A stretch of 64,000 nt of DNA from Picochlorum sp. SENEW3 (GCA_034226945.1 CP120461.1:434001-498000), one strand, 5' to 3'. Numbered from the stretch's first letter, positions 45,201 through 57,901 are shown. Made by a program: numbers and translations. Notes: generated by a model not told the origin, from the letters alone.

Positions 45201-47542
45201 GCAAATGAGTCAATGCGAGGGTGTTCGATTAAAAACTCACACCGACATCCAAAGAATTTGGATCGTATTTTGGACAGAACTATGGAGAGCAAAAGGAGAG
45301 AGATTTTATACATGCAGATTCAATCTGGAAAGCAGCATGTTGAGAATTGCAGAAAGTATTTCCGGGGGAATTGACACCACAAATTTGAGCAACGCACCAT
45401 ACTCTTGCAGCACTCGTTTCAGACTTCTGAATCTGATTCTAGAATTTCTTTTGTCCTCACATGGGATACGAGGGTTGAAGCCAGGAGTGAATAGTCCAGT
45501 TGCCTCCAGATATACTGATGTTGTCAATGCTGGGCTGGCGTGGTTTATTTCACCAGTGGCCTGGATAGAGACATCCCAGCAAGAAGCATATGAATCCTAC
45601 ATGGCAATGAAAGAATTCGGTGATCTCGTGACAGATATGGAAAATTGTATCAAGAAATATGGTGCTAAAATTGTGGAAAAAGATACAATCGCTCTGCTCA
45701 CCTTCCTGATACAAGTCGAAGTGAACAGACTTAGACTCTGGGCAAATCCTTTGGACAAGGTCGACAAACAGGGGAATGTCGCTCCGAAAATGGGATGGGA
45801 ATTATTAATCAAAACTGCATGGAATGAGTCCCCTAGGTTGGCTCTGTCACTTGGTGCCAGGTTCTCCGGTGTGCCATCTGTCCAAAAGACTTTGCAGGAG
45901 CACGTTATTGAGCACGCCCAGGACTCTGGCATACAGAAGTTGCCTGAAGCGGTGAACTATTTAGCAACAGCACCTTCTACCTCCAAAAAAGATACATCTA
46001 TAGAGTTCATGAATAATTGGGAACCAATGGGACTAGAGCAAGCCATGTCATTGATGTCCATGCCGATAGCGAGGCAACCTGCAGCATTTGCATACATAAT
46101 TCGCTGTCTAGAGCTCTGCGATCCGACAGATGTCTCTTTCTTTTTGCCGCAACTTGTTCAATTATTAAGGCACGATCCAGATAAAGGTATTGAGAACTTT
46201 TTGATGAAGGCAGCATCCAGATCTTCCTACTTTGCTTTCCTTTTGAAATGCCAACTGTTGTCTGAAGGAACCCCTCCTGATGAGGCATTCACTCCAGAAG
46301 TGAAGAGATCGAATTGGGCTCCTCCATCTGACACTGGACTATGGAGAATAGCCGATGAAACTAGACAGACACTGATGTCCTCCTTGAAAGGAGAAATCAA
46401 GGATCATCTTGATGCTGAATCAGATTTCTTTGACAAGGTCACGGATGTTTCTGGCAAACTATATCCTGTCCCTAAAGATGAGAGGAAGGCTGCAGCGGTG
46501 GAATTCTTGTCCGAAATTGCTATTAAACGGGACGATTTGTTTATGCCTTTCGACCCAAACACAATTGTGAAAGGAATCAAGCCAGAAACTGCTGCACCAA
46601 TGCAGTCGGCGGCAAAGTGCCCAATCCTAGTTGCCTTTGATGTTGAAAAAAGACGGGATGAATCATCAGAAGCCTCAGTCGAAGCAGCAATATTCAAAGT
46701 GGGTGATGATTGTAGACAAGATGTTTTGGCACTCCAAGTCGTTGAGCTAATGAAGAGAAAATTCGACGAGATTGGATTACCGCTCCCGTTAGTGCCATAT
46801 GGGGTAATCCCAACAGGCCATGAGTGCGGAATCATTCAAGTTGTTCCCAAGGCAAAATCACGTGCCCAACTGGTAAGTAAACTTTTATTCTATCGAGATA
46901 TTTTGTATGTATCGTGTCTTATGCTGTCAGTATCATGGGATGCAGGGTGAGATCACAGATGGTGGCTTGCTGGATGTGTTCCAGCACGAATTTGGCCTGC
47001 CTGGCTCTGCCAGGTTTGAGGCTGCCCGTACACGCTTCATACAGTCTTCAGCAGCATATGCCATAGTCTCGTATATTTTACAAGCTAAGGATAGACATAA
47101 TGGCAATATCATGGTCGATAATACGGGGAAGATGATCCATATTGACTTTGGATACATATTTGGAATATCCCCTGGTGGGAATATGGGCTTTGAATCAGCA
47201 GCTTTCAAATTGAGTTACGAGATGACAGAGCTGCTTGATCCTGGTAATACAAGAAATTCAATACATTTCATGACATTCCAAGAACTCTGTGTCAAGGGAT
47301 ATCTGGCAGCTAGAACAATGGCAGACAGCATTGTTGCCACAGTGGAAATGATGCTTCCTTCCAAACTGCCATGCTTTAGCAGAGGAGACCCGATTGAATC
47401 TCTCAGACAAAGGTTTCATCTCGAAATGACGGATCAGCAAGCAGCCGAGTTTATGAAATCTCTCATAAATGATGCTTATGACAAGTGGACGACAGGAGTA
47501 TATGATTTGATTCAGTATTACCAGAACAGAATTCCAAAATAA
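42286..47542 (+). CDS. PI4KA: Phosphatidylinositol 4-kinase alpha (type III)
   Basis: FFLPQLVQLLRHD, PMQSAAKCP, IFKVGDDCRQDVLALQ, KDRHNGNIM, HIDFG. Inferred exon 1 at 42286-42393; intron 46873-46945. Confidence 0.95.
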
Positions 47543-47556
47543 TGAAATGTAGTTGA

Positions 47557-50398
47557 TCAATTATCATTTGCAGCAGGTCTCAATTTTGCCTTCTTTTTAA
47601 TACCGTCAACTGCTTTTGCTAGTCTTTTTGATCTCACTTTTGCAAACTTCTCTCTGAAAGTCACAAAACTATCCAAGGTTTGCTGCTTTTCCCTCTCCTC
47701 GAGTGACTTTTTGACAGGACTAAGGAGATCATCAATGCTTTTCTCATCCCATCCAAATTTCTTAGTGCAAAGCAAAGAGACTGATTTGAAATCTGGACTG
47801 ATAAATGTGAATTTCGATTTCGATTTGTCTAGAAGAGGATTTTGATACGCCTGGACTACTTCTTTGGATGGGAAATCCTCAGGCAGTAACCATGAGTTCC
47901 TAACAGCCTTGTGCTTTTGCTTAAACTCCTCTGTCGTTTCATTCATCGCACTTGTAGCACATTTCTCTTTGACAAGGGCAATTATGTCTTCATCGATTCC
48001 ATTAACCCACTTCTCGAACTCAATCAAACCATCATATCCGGGAAATGAGCTCACTATTTCAACAGCATTGACAACCCCGACCCCGGCAATCCCAGGAGTA
48101 TAGTCAGACCCAAGAAGCAGACCCAAATAAATTAGACTGTCTCTGGAAAGTCCCAGCTCCCTCTCAATATCTTCCATGCGATATTCCTCAACATATTTAC
48201 TCTCCTCAAAAATATGTCGGTAAACCTTTTTGGCCCCAAACAGGAATGCATCATTGTCATCTGTTACCACTGCATCCACCAAGTTATTGGCATCTAACCA
48301 AGCACATTGAGCCTCCGCTTCGGTCGGTGCAACCAAGTATGGAATACCAAACATCTGAAGGAGTTCTTGGCATTCAGTGAACATTTGATCTGTGGGTGAG
48401 TCTGATTGACCAGTTGCAGCCCTCCTGTCGGCACGCAATGAGGCTTCTTCAGATAATAACTTTTCCATATCTACCATGGGTATCTCAGTCTCATTTATTA
48501 AGTTTCGATAGGAATCCCTCATCATATTTTGCTCCTCTTCAGCCCCCTCGATGGGCTTCTTAATACCATCATCAATCCCATCATCCTTGTTCAATTGTTC
48601 ATTCAGTTTGTCCTTTTCCATTTGTTCATTCAGTACTTCCTCAGAAATCCCGGCGTCTGTTCTTATCTCGACCATTTTATCCCTGTCATTGGTGAGAGAT
48701 ATTTTTTCTGTATTTAATCTCTCGCATGACACCTCAGGTGCATTAATTATATGTTTGCCTGAAGGTTCCTCATTTGGGAGTCTTTTGAGGGAAGCAGGTT
48801 CGACCAACCCAATTGTATCCTTGCTGCTCTGAATAGCCCCTTCTGTTGATGAGATATTATTCTTTTTTGTTTCCTTGCAATTGCCTCCCGCACGAGTCAG
48901 GACTTGAACTGCTGGTGTCTGTTCTGATTCCTCTCTCTTTGGATCACATGCTTTGCTATTTTTCTGAGAATATTGTCTCTTAGGACTTGCACCCGCAACA
49001 CATGGCAGACTTTTCTCTCCAACTTCATCCTCAGAAATGGTAGGCTCATCTACTGCAGTAGGCTGCGCAGAACTATCCATCCCATCCACACCTGGCAATT
49101 CTTGTACTTTGGCAGCAACATTTGAGTCCCTCAAACTCTCTTCAATTGCTTCCTGAAGCATTCTCTCCTCATCTTCATCCTCTATTTGATCTTTATTCTC
49201 TTTGACAGTATCATTTTTTCCCCAATTGCCGAGAGATCTACCTTTTTGAAACCCATGTGACAAGCTCCAATATTTTGAGCGGTGGGTAGGTTTTGCATTC
49301 CCCTCGATATTAGGCTCCTCATCAACATCTTCCCATTCCATATCATCTGAAACGATTTCATCCTCTTCAACACAAAAGGAAATATGTAAGGCTTCATTAG
49401 ATTTGGACTTTTCTGATTTTCTTCTTACCCTCTCACCTACCTGCACAGGACTGTCCTTTTGCTTCATACTTTGTTCTTCTTCTTTGTACAAAACATAATG
49501 TTTATCTTCTTCTGCTGCAACTGGTCTTGCAATATCAGAATTTTGCTGGGCAATACCCCGAATAGAATCCAGCTGCCTCCTCAATCCCGTGGAATTCAAG
49601 TATTGTTGCAATTGATACTTTGAAAATTCCTCAGGCTTGCCACTCCTTTCCTCAAACCCACCTCTAGCCGCTGTCATTGCTTTTTCTCGCACTTGAAGCA
49701 TGATTTCCAGCTGCATGGACGGTGGTAAAGTGGACAAAACCTCAGGATCCACCCCATCGTCAACGTCAACTTCAAATCCTCCCTCATCTTCATCTTCATC
49801 CTCATCCGTCTCGCCAGACACCTCGCTTCCTTTATTCGTGTCTTCAATTACTGCTTTACCTTTGGAAAGGTTGTCCACATGTCTTTCATCGCCATGACTT
49901 CCCTTGATTGCAGGCTCTATTGCCTCCTGTTCCCCATTACTGCCCACCCCAGACTTGGCTCGCTCAACTGCTCTGACGGCGTGCTGCTTCAATCGATTCA
50001 ACAGTAGCTTCTCAGCAGTCTTTTTCACCCTTGCGTCCTGTTGTTCCCTCCTTCTCCTTCTCTCTGCAACAGTCCTCTTTTTCAAAGCAGGGGTACTCCC
50101 ATCAAATATAAACACTGGCTTGATATGAAGATACAATAACTTACAAATACGTCTCAAAAACCCAATCGTATGGGCATGAGGAAGTATATCACCCTTGTCA
50201 TCCCGCATTGCCTTCAAAAATCTAAAAATCCAGCCAGAAGCGTCTGCACTAGTCAACTTCGTCAGTATGCCTGGCGTCAAAACCCCATTAAATACAAAAC
50301 ATATACCCACCTATTGCCACTGTTTTCCCTCGAAGCGTTGTCACGTCCACTCTCCTCCCGCATGGCTCGAGAAGAGTCCAAAGACTCTTCACACCCAT
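47557..50398 (-). CDS. XPG: XPG/RAD2/UVH3 nucleotide-excision-repair endonuclease (2 exons)
   Basis: MGVKSLWTLLEP...AIDASGW, KPVFIFDG, GIPYLVAPTEAEAQCA, TDDNDAFLFG, LLGSDYTPGIAGVG. Confidence 0.95.
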
Positions 50399-50492
50399 TG
50401 CTTTTCAAACAAACACAGCCACTTTAGACGTACAATACATCCATTTTACTACTAATAGTGAATAAATAAATTAATTAAGAGAATGCATGCCT

Positions 50493-52871
50493 TTAGTGGG
50501 GATCTAATATGCTTCTGATTCGCTCTTTAACCTTGATGACTGTTAGAATTCTTTCATCCTTGAGTTGCTTCCGAACATGCTCCTCAATTTCTGCTAGCAA
50601 TGATTCTGCAAGAGTGACACTTCCCTTTCTATCCATGCGATCATCTTCATTTTCGTGCTGTATGAGCCAATCATGTAGAGCCGACAAATCCAGCCACAGC
50701 TGACAGACTCCTTGCATGGCAGCAGTTTTAAAAATGTCAGAGGCCATCAGGTTAAGAATGCCTTCTATCACTGCGAGATGGATTTCACCCATGACTTCTT
50801 CCTGTAGCACCGGTACCATGATCTGGATATCAGCATCATATGCCTCTAGAATACTGCACAGCTCACGGATGCACGGCTTTGGTGTTGAGATATCAACATT
50901 GTTTGCGACATTCCTTGATTCCACATCAAGCACGTCTACCATGATGGGTTCCAATTTTTCTAGCTTAATCTCAACCCATGATTTCATAACGAATTCTTGG
51001 GCTTCTTCTAATTTGGAGCAACACCATGAAAAGGCTTGAGAATTTTCTTTGGGTGTGGCAGCCGAGTTCAAAAGTGAACTCCATGTTTGGACAATCCGAG
51101 GTAGAACGCTAATTTTCACCGCTTCTAAAGTATTCCACGCAACCAGCAAAACAAACTCATCGACTTCTTTCCCACTAATGGATAGAACCGGCTTTCGAGC
51201 CGCCAGTCTTGTGACTGAGTCTGCACATGTTTCTGCACAGCTCTTTAAGAGTGTATGTAAAGGATATGAATCTGGTGGCACTTTCACCTTTATAGCCATG
51301 GCTCGCTTCGACAATCGAGAAACACACTCCATAGCTTCGTTTATCACCATATGAAGCCAGGCAATGTTCTGATGTGGCAAGAATCCGTCCATGCAAGAAT
51401 CTTCAATGACAAACACCTTCTGTGCATGAGTTTTGAGATGGGCTTCTAGGGCTAGAATCACTTGCTGACAAATATGCTCGACAAGATCCCTGTAATATGG
51501 AATAATGATTCTCCCTATGTCTTCATCCAACTCAAAACAGCAATCGGTAAGGAATTCTATGACTGCATTTGATTCATGAACAATATCATTGGTTTCACAA
51601 ATCTCCACCATACAACTCTCAACCAGTTCTGAATATGCAGAAAAGACCCTTTCTAGTGCAGTTCCTCGATGCTCTTGCCCAAGGCTCCATAAGCAATTAA
51701 AGGGCTCAATATTCCGGCTAGGTTTGAACAAGTCCCAAAACTCGTGGCACCATTCATAGAACTCCACTGTCAGATTCTGTATGCAGAGTCTACTAGTTGA
51801 AATATGGGTTTTTTCAGCAGTCCAAGTATGAGAATGCTTCCGCTCTCCCGTAGAAGAGTCCCGCTTCATATCCAGTGATTCTGCCTCCTTGTGTATCGTT
51901 CGCATTTCTGAAATGATTTCATTCACCTGGAAATCCGTGAATTCTTGCATCGTGTCCATATCTGCCGCAGCTGGCACCCCTAACTGTTTCAATTTTTCCA
52001 AATAACATGCTGCCTCAAACGATTCTTCCAGTAGGAGCTTTGGATTATGCATCATCATATGTAGGGTCCGAACTGCTGCCTCCATAGCCTTGTGGACTTC
52101 TGTTTGGAGCCTATTCCAAATAGTATGAACTTCTTCAGTAGTACCTGATTCCATTTCAACAAGATTCATAGCACGCTGATATAACGAAATGACACCTTCA
52201 AAATCCTTGCTATCGATGCATTCCCGAACCATGGAAGGCAAAATTACAAGGGAATCATACTTTCCCAACAGCTGTAGGACACTATCTAGGTTTTGTCCAA
52301 GTTTATACCTTTTAATCAATCCCGAAAATGATTTCTCAGCCACTGACTCAACATGATGCAGTTCTTCAGCCACCTTTGCTGGGGTCGCGCCATGAGCTCC
52401 CTCTCCTCCTTCCAAACTGGCAGCATGAAGTCGCATAGCCACTTCCCCAATCGTGTCCATATTACTGATGCAGCTCTCGAAATTATCCTTGACAAACTTC
52501 TTCAACTGTTTCGAATGACTCATGGACTCTTTGCTTAACGTTTCTCGTGCTGCGACAAGATCCTTCACATCAGCATTCTGAAATCTTTCACGAATAAAGG
52601 CATGGGGATTTTGACCCTCAAATTCTTTGAACAGAAGGGATCCCTCGTGTTCCGTCGCACGTATGTCATCTTGAGACAATTCGTGATTCGATAGACCACC
52701 GTTTGTCTGCAGACAAGACGAAATGCCGCGTGCAGACCTTTCCAGTTCGTCCAAATCCACATCGTTCCACGCTGTTGGAACATTTCTCAGTCCAACTCGC
52801 GAGGATACACGCAGTTCAGCATCATTTTCATTCTCAGAATCAGTAAACAGGGAAATATCGCTGTCGCTCAT
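50493..52871 (-). CDS. SEC5: Exocyst component SEC5/EXOC2-like
   Basis: LKKFVKDNFESCISNMDTI and LPSMVRECIDSKDFEGVISLYQRA match the Sec5/Vps51-type N-terminal helical region. Confidence 0.75.
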   Translation of the reverse strand: MSDSDISLFTDSENENDAELRVSSRVGLRNVPTAWNDVDLDELERSARGISSCLQTNGGLSNHELSQDDIRATEHEGSLLFKEFEGQNPHAFIRERFQNADVKDLVAARETLSKESMSHSKQLKKFVKDNFESCISNMDTIGEVAMRLHAASLEGGEGAHGATPAKVAEELHHVESVAEKSFSGLIKRYKLGQNLDSVLQLLGKYDSLVILPSMVRECIDSKDFEGVISLYQRAMNLVEMESGTTEEVHTIWNRLQTEVHKAMEAAVRTLHMMMHNPKLLLEESFEAACYLEKLKQLGVPAAADMDTMQEFTDFQVNEIISEMRTIHKEAESLDMKRDSSTGERKHSHTWTAEKTHISTSRLCIQNLTVEFYEWCHEFWDLFKPSRNIEPFNCLWSLGQEHRGTALERVFSAYSELVESCMVEICETNDIVHESNAVIEFLTDCCFELDEDIGRIIIPYYRDLVEHICQQVILALEAHLKTHAQKVFVIEDSCMDGFLPHQNIAWLHMVINEAMECVSRLSKRAMAIKVKVPPDSYPLHTLLKSCAETCADSVTRLAARKPVLSISGKEVDEFVLLVAWNTLEAVKISVLPRIVQTWSSLLNSAATPKENSQAFSWCCSKLEEAQEFVMKSWVEIKLEKLEPIMVDVLDVESRNVANNVDISTPKPCIRELCSILEAYDADIQIMVPVLQEEVMGEIHLAVIEGILNLMASDIFKTAAMQGVCQLWLDLSALHDWLIQHENEDDRMDRKGSVTLAESLLAEIEEHVRKQLKDERILTVIKVKERIRSILDPH

Positions 52872-52997
52872 GCTGAACACTGATTTGGTTTGGATCAACT
52901 TAGGAAGACTGAAACGGGTTCACTCCGTTTGCATAAATACGATACATTTTACACTACTCCATGTCTTATGGTGATAAAAAAAGCATTATAATCAAAT

Positions 52998-54173
52998 TTA
53001 TTCCCAAGTCGCAACGTCCTCATCGTCGATTATATCAATATCGTCGGTTGAGGCAGAATCCAGTTTTGTAGGCTTTTTACCGTCTCCATTGGCAGGTGCT
53101 GATACTGTGGATCCCATGTCTGTCCATGAATCTTCCTCTAGCAGGGACGATGATGACGGTTGCTTTTCCTCTTGTCCTATCTTTGCAACATCATCATCAT
53201 CGCACGAGGAAGTATCATGCTGCTGCTGTTCTTCTACAGACTTTTCCTGCTCCTCTTCTTCTCCAGCCCTGTCCTTTTCTTCTTCCTTTTCTTGTTCTTC
53301 TACAGATTTTTCCTCCTCCTCCTTCTCCTCCTCCTCCTCCTCTTCTTCTTCTTCTTCTTCTCCAGTAGTACCATCCTTTTCTTCCTCTTGTTTTCCACAG
53401 TCCTCGTGCTCCAGCTGTGGGGGAACCTGAGTACTCTCACTTGGCTCAGTCTCATCTTCCCATTCAAAATCACCAGACTCGTCTCCTGTCCTGGCCGCAG
53501 CTTTAGCAATGAGAGTATATCTATCTTCCATTAGACGGAGCTTGTACAAATAACGTGACCAAAAATCTTCCTCGCTCACATCATCCGGAACAAGGCGAGT
53601 ATGCATATCAAGCAGTGCAGGGCTCTGCTCCATGAGGGCGCCTGGACTCTCCTTCTCCAAGGAAAATACATCTGTTTTCCACTTTTCATACGATTTTATA
53701 TCCTCTGGATCTTCTGTAAATGTTGACGCGCTATTCTGTAAAGCTTTCCTCTCTAAATCAAGCCTAGAAAATTTGTAGTCTCCCCGTCCAGAGGAAGAAG
53801 AACCATCCTTGGTGCTGCTTATGCCCAGTTCCGTCTGAAACGCTTTACTCAGCATACCATACGTCTCACTAGTTCCATTATAAAACTTTCTGCCCATCTC
53901 TTTCATTTTTGACTGGGTCTCTGTCAGCAAGGTGGGCTGAGCTCTTCCTGGTTCCTTCTGCCCAGGCTGCTGGACCACCTTGGCTGTCCTCATGCTAATC
54001 TCATCAGTCAATGTCTTGGCACTCGCTGTTAGCTCTGACGTGTCTTCCTCAATTTCTTTTCGCATATCGGCGAATTCATTCTTCCATTCTGTGTTGCGAA
54101 ACGTTTCAGTTATATCGTTGGTGGACTTTTTCACAGCGTCTGACAACGCTGAAGCCAAGCCCCACACATCCAT
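52998..54173 (-). CDS. BSD-domain protein
   Basis: ALQNSASTFTEDP...RLVPDDVSEEDFWSRYLYK; acidic tail. Confidence 0.88.
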   Translation of the reverse strand: MDVWGLASALSDAVKKSTNDITETFRNTEWKNEFADMRKEIEEDTSELTASAKTLTDEISMRTAKVVQQPGQKEPGRAQPTLLTETQSKMKEMGRKFYNGTSETYGMLSKAFQTELGISSTKDGSSSSGRGDYKFSRLDLERKALQNSASTFTEDPEDIKSYEKWKTDVFSLEKESPGALMEQSPALLDMHTRLVPDDVSEEDFWSRYLYKLRLMEDRYTLIAKAAARTGDESGDFEWEDETEPSESTQVPPQLEHEDCGKQEEEKDGTTGEEEEEEEEEEEEKEEEEKSVEEQEKEEEKDRAGEEEEQEKSVEEQQQHDTSSCDDDDVAKIGQEEKQPSSSSLLEEDSWTDMGSTVSAPANGDGKKPTKLDSASTDDIDIIDDEDVATWE

Positions 54174-54363
54174 GGCTGTATGGATCTCTATTATTTGTAA
54201 TTGGAACGTACGTTGGCAGTGAACTTGGCCTAGTATTGTGCAACAAGAGATTCATCCTTCTACATGGCTTCCTTAATATGGACATCTTGTCTTCTCTTGA
54301 CCATCAATTCCTTCCCGATTCGGCGATATGGATGATAGATTATCTATTAATAATTTAAAAATA

Positions 54364-55601
54364 ATGGAGCGGGATACAAGGGATCCTCTGAGAGCTGTCA
54401 TTGCTCTGCATCCAACCAAGAGTGAATGCATTGCAGTAGCACTTGGGGACCAGATTCGAGTGTATGTTTCGATCATTGCCTTCATATTATCATGTATATC
54501 TCATTTGAATTGAGCCATCTACGACTTTTGCCTGCAGCCGAGAATCAAGTGGAGTACAGACGGTGCAAGTGAAGCAGGACAGCAAGGCTGCTGCTGACGG
54601 AGCACAGAAGATCATTCGCTCCATGGTATTTAGTCCAGATGGTGCATATTTAGCTGCGGGAGGTGATGATAAGATGCTGTATCTGTATAAGACTGATGAC
54701 TGGCATATGATTCATGCATTGTACGTCTCATGCAATGTGATGTCAATACTGTGTGTGTCTCTGATGTTTAGATTTACATCTGTGCAGTTCCTCAAAGAAG
54801 AAGATTAGTTCTGTGAGTTTCTCTCCTAGTGGTGAGCATATCTTCGCTGCAACAAAGTATGGAGACGTCTTAGTAGCTCCTGTGCTGCCAGATGGGAATG
54901 GATCATTTTCAGAAATGGCTCTTCTCATGGGTCATTTCTGTAGTATCATTACGTGCCTCAAAGTCTCTCGTAATAATATGTGGCTTGCATCTTGTGATAG
55001 AGAGGGTAAAGTTCGGGTAACTGTGATTCCATCCGACCCAATGCAGGGTGCACATGAGATTGTGTCATTCTGTCTAGGCCATGAGAAGTTTGTATCAGCT
55101 TGTGCTTTTGTTGTACCAGAAAGTGGTAAGGAATTGATTCTTAGCGGCGGTGGTGATGGGTTAATCAAATTGTGGAACCCTGTTGATGGACATGAAATGG
55201 ATTCTGTCGACCTAGGCAAGCCAATTTTGACACTAACTTCCAGTGTGACTCAAGACCTTGTTTTTGCTGTGCTTGATGGGTCCAATGAGGTGAGCGTACT
55301 ATCGGTGGACGATAAGAACAAATTAGTGAGAGACAGTGTGTTGCTAGAGATACCTGTAGTCACTGGCGCTGATACAACAGCTCAGGGACAGGCATGGTTT
55401 GTTGGGGGCCCAGTTGGTTCAGAATCTGGTCTGAGGGTTGCATGTATGCAGAGATCTGGGAATACGTGGGAGCATGTTGCTACTCATGATTCGCTATCAA
55501 AATTGGAAAACTGCAGTAAGGATGATACGCCGCTCTTTCACTCGTATCTGCCAGAGAATTTGGACAAGAAGAGATGCAAAGTCACAACACAGGCAATGTA
55601 A
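54364..55601 (+). CDS. TRM82: tRNA m7G46 methyltransferase non-catalytic subunit (WDR4/Trm82), 3 exons
   Basis: ATKYGDV, LMGHFCSII, SCDREGKVRV, EIVSFCLGHEKFVS, SGGGDG. Confidence 0.88.
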
Positions 55602-55611
55602 TGTGTTACAA

Positions 55612-56778
55612 TCAATCCACAACAATTCTACTCAAAGACTCTATCAGCTGTTTGAGATTGCTAGTTACCTTTTTATCGCTGGTCATATTACCCAAATCGC
55701 CCGTGATTCTTTCTACATGCTGGAGAGTCTTGGTCAGTGTTTGCACAGACTCCCTCAGAGCCTTGACGTTATTCTCAGTCAAAACCTCAGTCTGCAGTCT
55801 CTGAATATCAGCTGCAGCCTCCGCTGCCACTTGAGTCAGTGCTTCCACATTACCAACCAATCCCCCTTGTCTAAGTTCGACTAACAAGGGAATCACTTCG
55901 TCCGTCAGTTCCACAGCGCGCTTTAAAAGGGGCTGTGCTTCTTCTATGGCACTTTGTGCCGAGTTCATCGCCGCAAACATGGAGTCTATACCTTGGGCAT
56001 CCATTTGATTCGCCAATTTGGTACACACATACACCAAATCATCCAATGCCACTCCTCTCTGCCCTTTGATGCGCCCCTGATGACACACCACCTTGCCCTC
56101 CGCCTCACAGTCCTCATCCAATGGATTTGCCACATACTCTGGCACAGGCACCTGTGGAGTGATATCAATGAGAGGCTCGGCTATCAAACCACTCTGATTT
56201 GCTTCTATTTTTGAATTTCTTGGAATCACTGTCGTCGCATCGCGCATTTCGACCAAGACATCAACCTTTTCAAGACTGGGCTGAACACTCAGCACACCCC
56301 CAACTGGAACTTCCCGAATTCTTACCGGAGTCCCCACGGAAATCCCACATGCGAGTGGAAATTCTAATATCAATTGATACCCTTGCCCTCGGCGACCCAA
56401 CTGGCCCCCTCGAGCCCAGGAAATTAACATGAGTGCAAAACCAATTCCAGCAAATACAAACAAACCAACTCCACCCTGAATCATGCTCGTTTTGCCGATC
56501 CCAAAATCTCTCAATGGTTTCAGTAAATTCTCAAAAAATGGAACCACATTCTTCTTCTTCGAACTCAATACTTTCCGAACCTTTGAACCAGGACCCCCCT
56601 CCCCATCTGGGGAACTCTTTGCCCAAACACAAACGCTCCCCTTCCTTGACAGAAGAAGTGATGTGGTACTGATATTATTTGAACATGGCTTCAGAATGGG
56701 CAATCGTATCCTGGGCAGAGGAAGACGTGCACCCGTTTGCACGAGAGAGCCTCGTTGTTGCGACCAAACGAGCGACAT
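55612..56778 (-). CDS. TGD2: Trigalactosyldiacylglycerol 2 (MlaD/MCE domain), plastid
   Basis: PLRDFGIGKTSMIQGGVGLF, ACGISVGTPVRIR, NQSGLIAEPLIDITP, LRESVQTLTKTL. Confidence 0.93.
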   Translation of the reverse strand: MSLVWSQQRGSLVQTGARLPLPRIRLPILKPCSNNISTTSLLLSRKGSVCVWAKSSPDGEGGPGSKVRKVLSSKKKNVVPFFENLLKPLRDFGIGKTSMIQGGVGLFVFAGIGFALMLISWARGGQLGRRGQGYQLILEFPLACGISVGTPVRIREVPVGGVLSVQPSLEKVDVLVEMRDATTVIPRNSKIEANQSGLIAEPLIDITPQVPVPEYVANPLDEDCEAEGKVVCHQGRIKGQRGVALDDLVYVCTKLANQMDAQGIDSMFAAMNSAQSAIEEAQPLLKRAVELTDEVIPLLVELRQGGLVGNVEALTQVAAEAAADIQRLQTEVLTENNVKALRESVQTLTKTLQHVERITGDLGNMTSDKKVTSNLKQLIESLSRIVVD

Positions 56779-57009
56779 GTACACGACGTATCGCAATCGT
56801 CAAACACCGAATGAAACAGTTGCTATATCGGAATAACGATACTAGCAGGCAGGGGGCATTGTACAGGACACATTCACAATGCATCAAATGTAGGAATTTT
56901 CACAGGAGAAATCTTCGAAGAAGAATGCGGCAAAGGATTGCCACAGGCATGGCCTAAGATGCATATGAATAGCTCGAGATTTGGTTGATAGATTTGAAAT
57001 TCCTGGACA

Positions 57010-57894
57010 ATGCCTGATATAGTATTCTCCGATATAGATGGGACATGTGTGCACTATGATATGGGTGAGACACTTGTGCCTTTCTGTGCTGACGTTGATT
57101 TTGAAGGAGAGACTCCTTTGGGGTTGGAGCGAGCCGAGTTTCAGAAAGATGATGCACGTGCATGGGTGCTTGCGTTGCCAGAGTCTTCGAGCGGGAGTAG
57201 AGGAATCATCAGTGTAGACACCCTGAAAGCATATGCTCGACTTCAAGATTTTGGATGTCGAGTTATCTTGGTGAGTGGATGTCGGTGTTCAACCCTGATT
57301 CAGCGAATTCCTTATTTGCCTCAGGCAGATGCGTATGTTTGCGAGAGTGGGGGCAGAATATTCTATCCAGCTCAAGGGGGATTGTCTTTGGTAGAGGACC
57401 TGGTGTGGCGAAATGCTCATAGCTCTTTGCCACCCGTCCAACCGAGTACCGTAGCGCCAGAGACATATTCGGGTGATTTGTGGGAGTTCTATAGAAATCT
57501 TAAATCAAAAGGAATAAACATCGATAGTAAAAATTATTCTACAGCATTTCGAGTGAAGGATAAAAGAGTGTCTGGGCAAGACGTTCCCTCATCCTTGGCA
57601 TATTCTACCAATCTAGGATCATTGGATATCTACCCAAAGACATCTGGAAAGTTGAATGCAGCTATATACTTGATGAATAAATTCAGCAGTGGGCCTGAAT
57701 CATCGGTGTTCATGTGCGATGATGACAATGACATTGAATTGGCATTGCATGTGTCCAGGGCCTACTTGCCAGGAATAACATCTGAAAGTATGCAGAAGAC
57801 TGTTGAAGAGAATAGGAATCATTTTTATGTGGCAAAAAGAAATGGAATATGGGGAACTGAAGAAGTTCTCTCTGAAATCATGTCAACATTGTGA
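57010..57894 (+). CDS. HAD-superfamily (Cof / sucrose-phosphatase-like) hydrolase
   Basis: VFSDIDGT, LVSG, CESGGRI, SGK, FMCDDDND motifs I-IV. Confidence 0.85.
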   Translation: MPDIVFSDIDGTCVHYDMGETLVPFCADVDFEGETPLGLERAEFQKDDARAWVLALPESSSGSRGIISVDTLKAYARLQDFGCRVILVSGCRCSTLIQRIPYLPQADAYVCESGGRIFYPAQGGLSLVEDLVWRNAHSSLPPVQPSTVAPETYSGDLWEFYRNLKSKGINIDSKNYSTAFRVKDKRVSGQDVPSSLAYSTNLGSLDIYPKTSGKLNAAIYLMNKFSSGPESSVFMCDDDNDIELALHVSRAYLPGITSESMQKTVEENRNHFYVAKRNGIWGTEEVLSEIMSTL

Positions 57895-57901
57895 GACAAT
57901 G

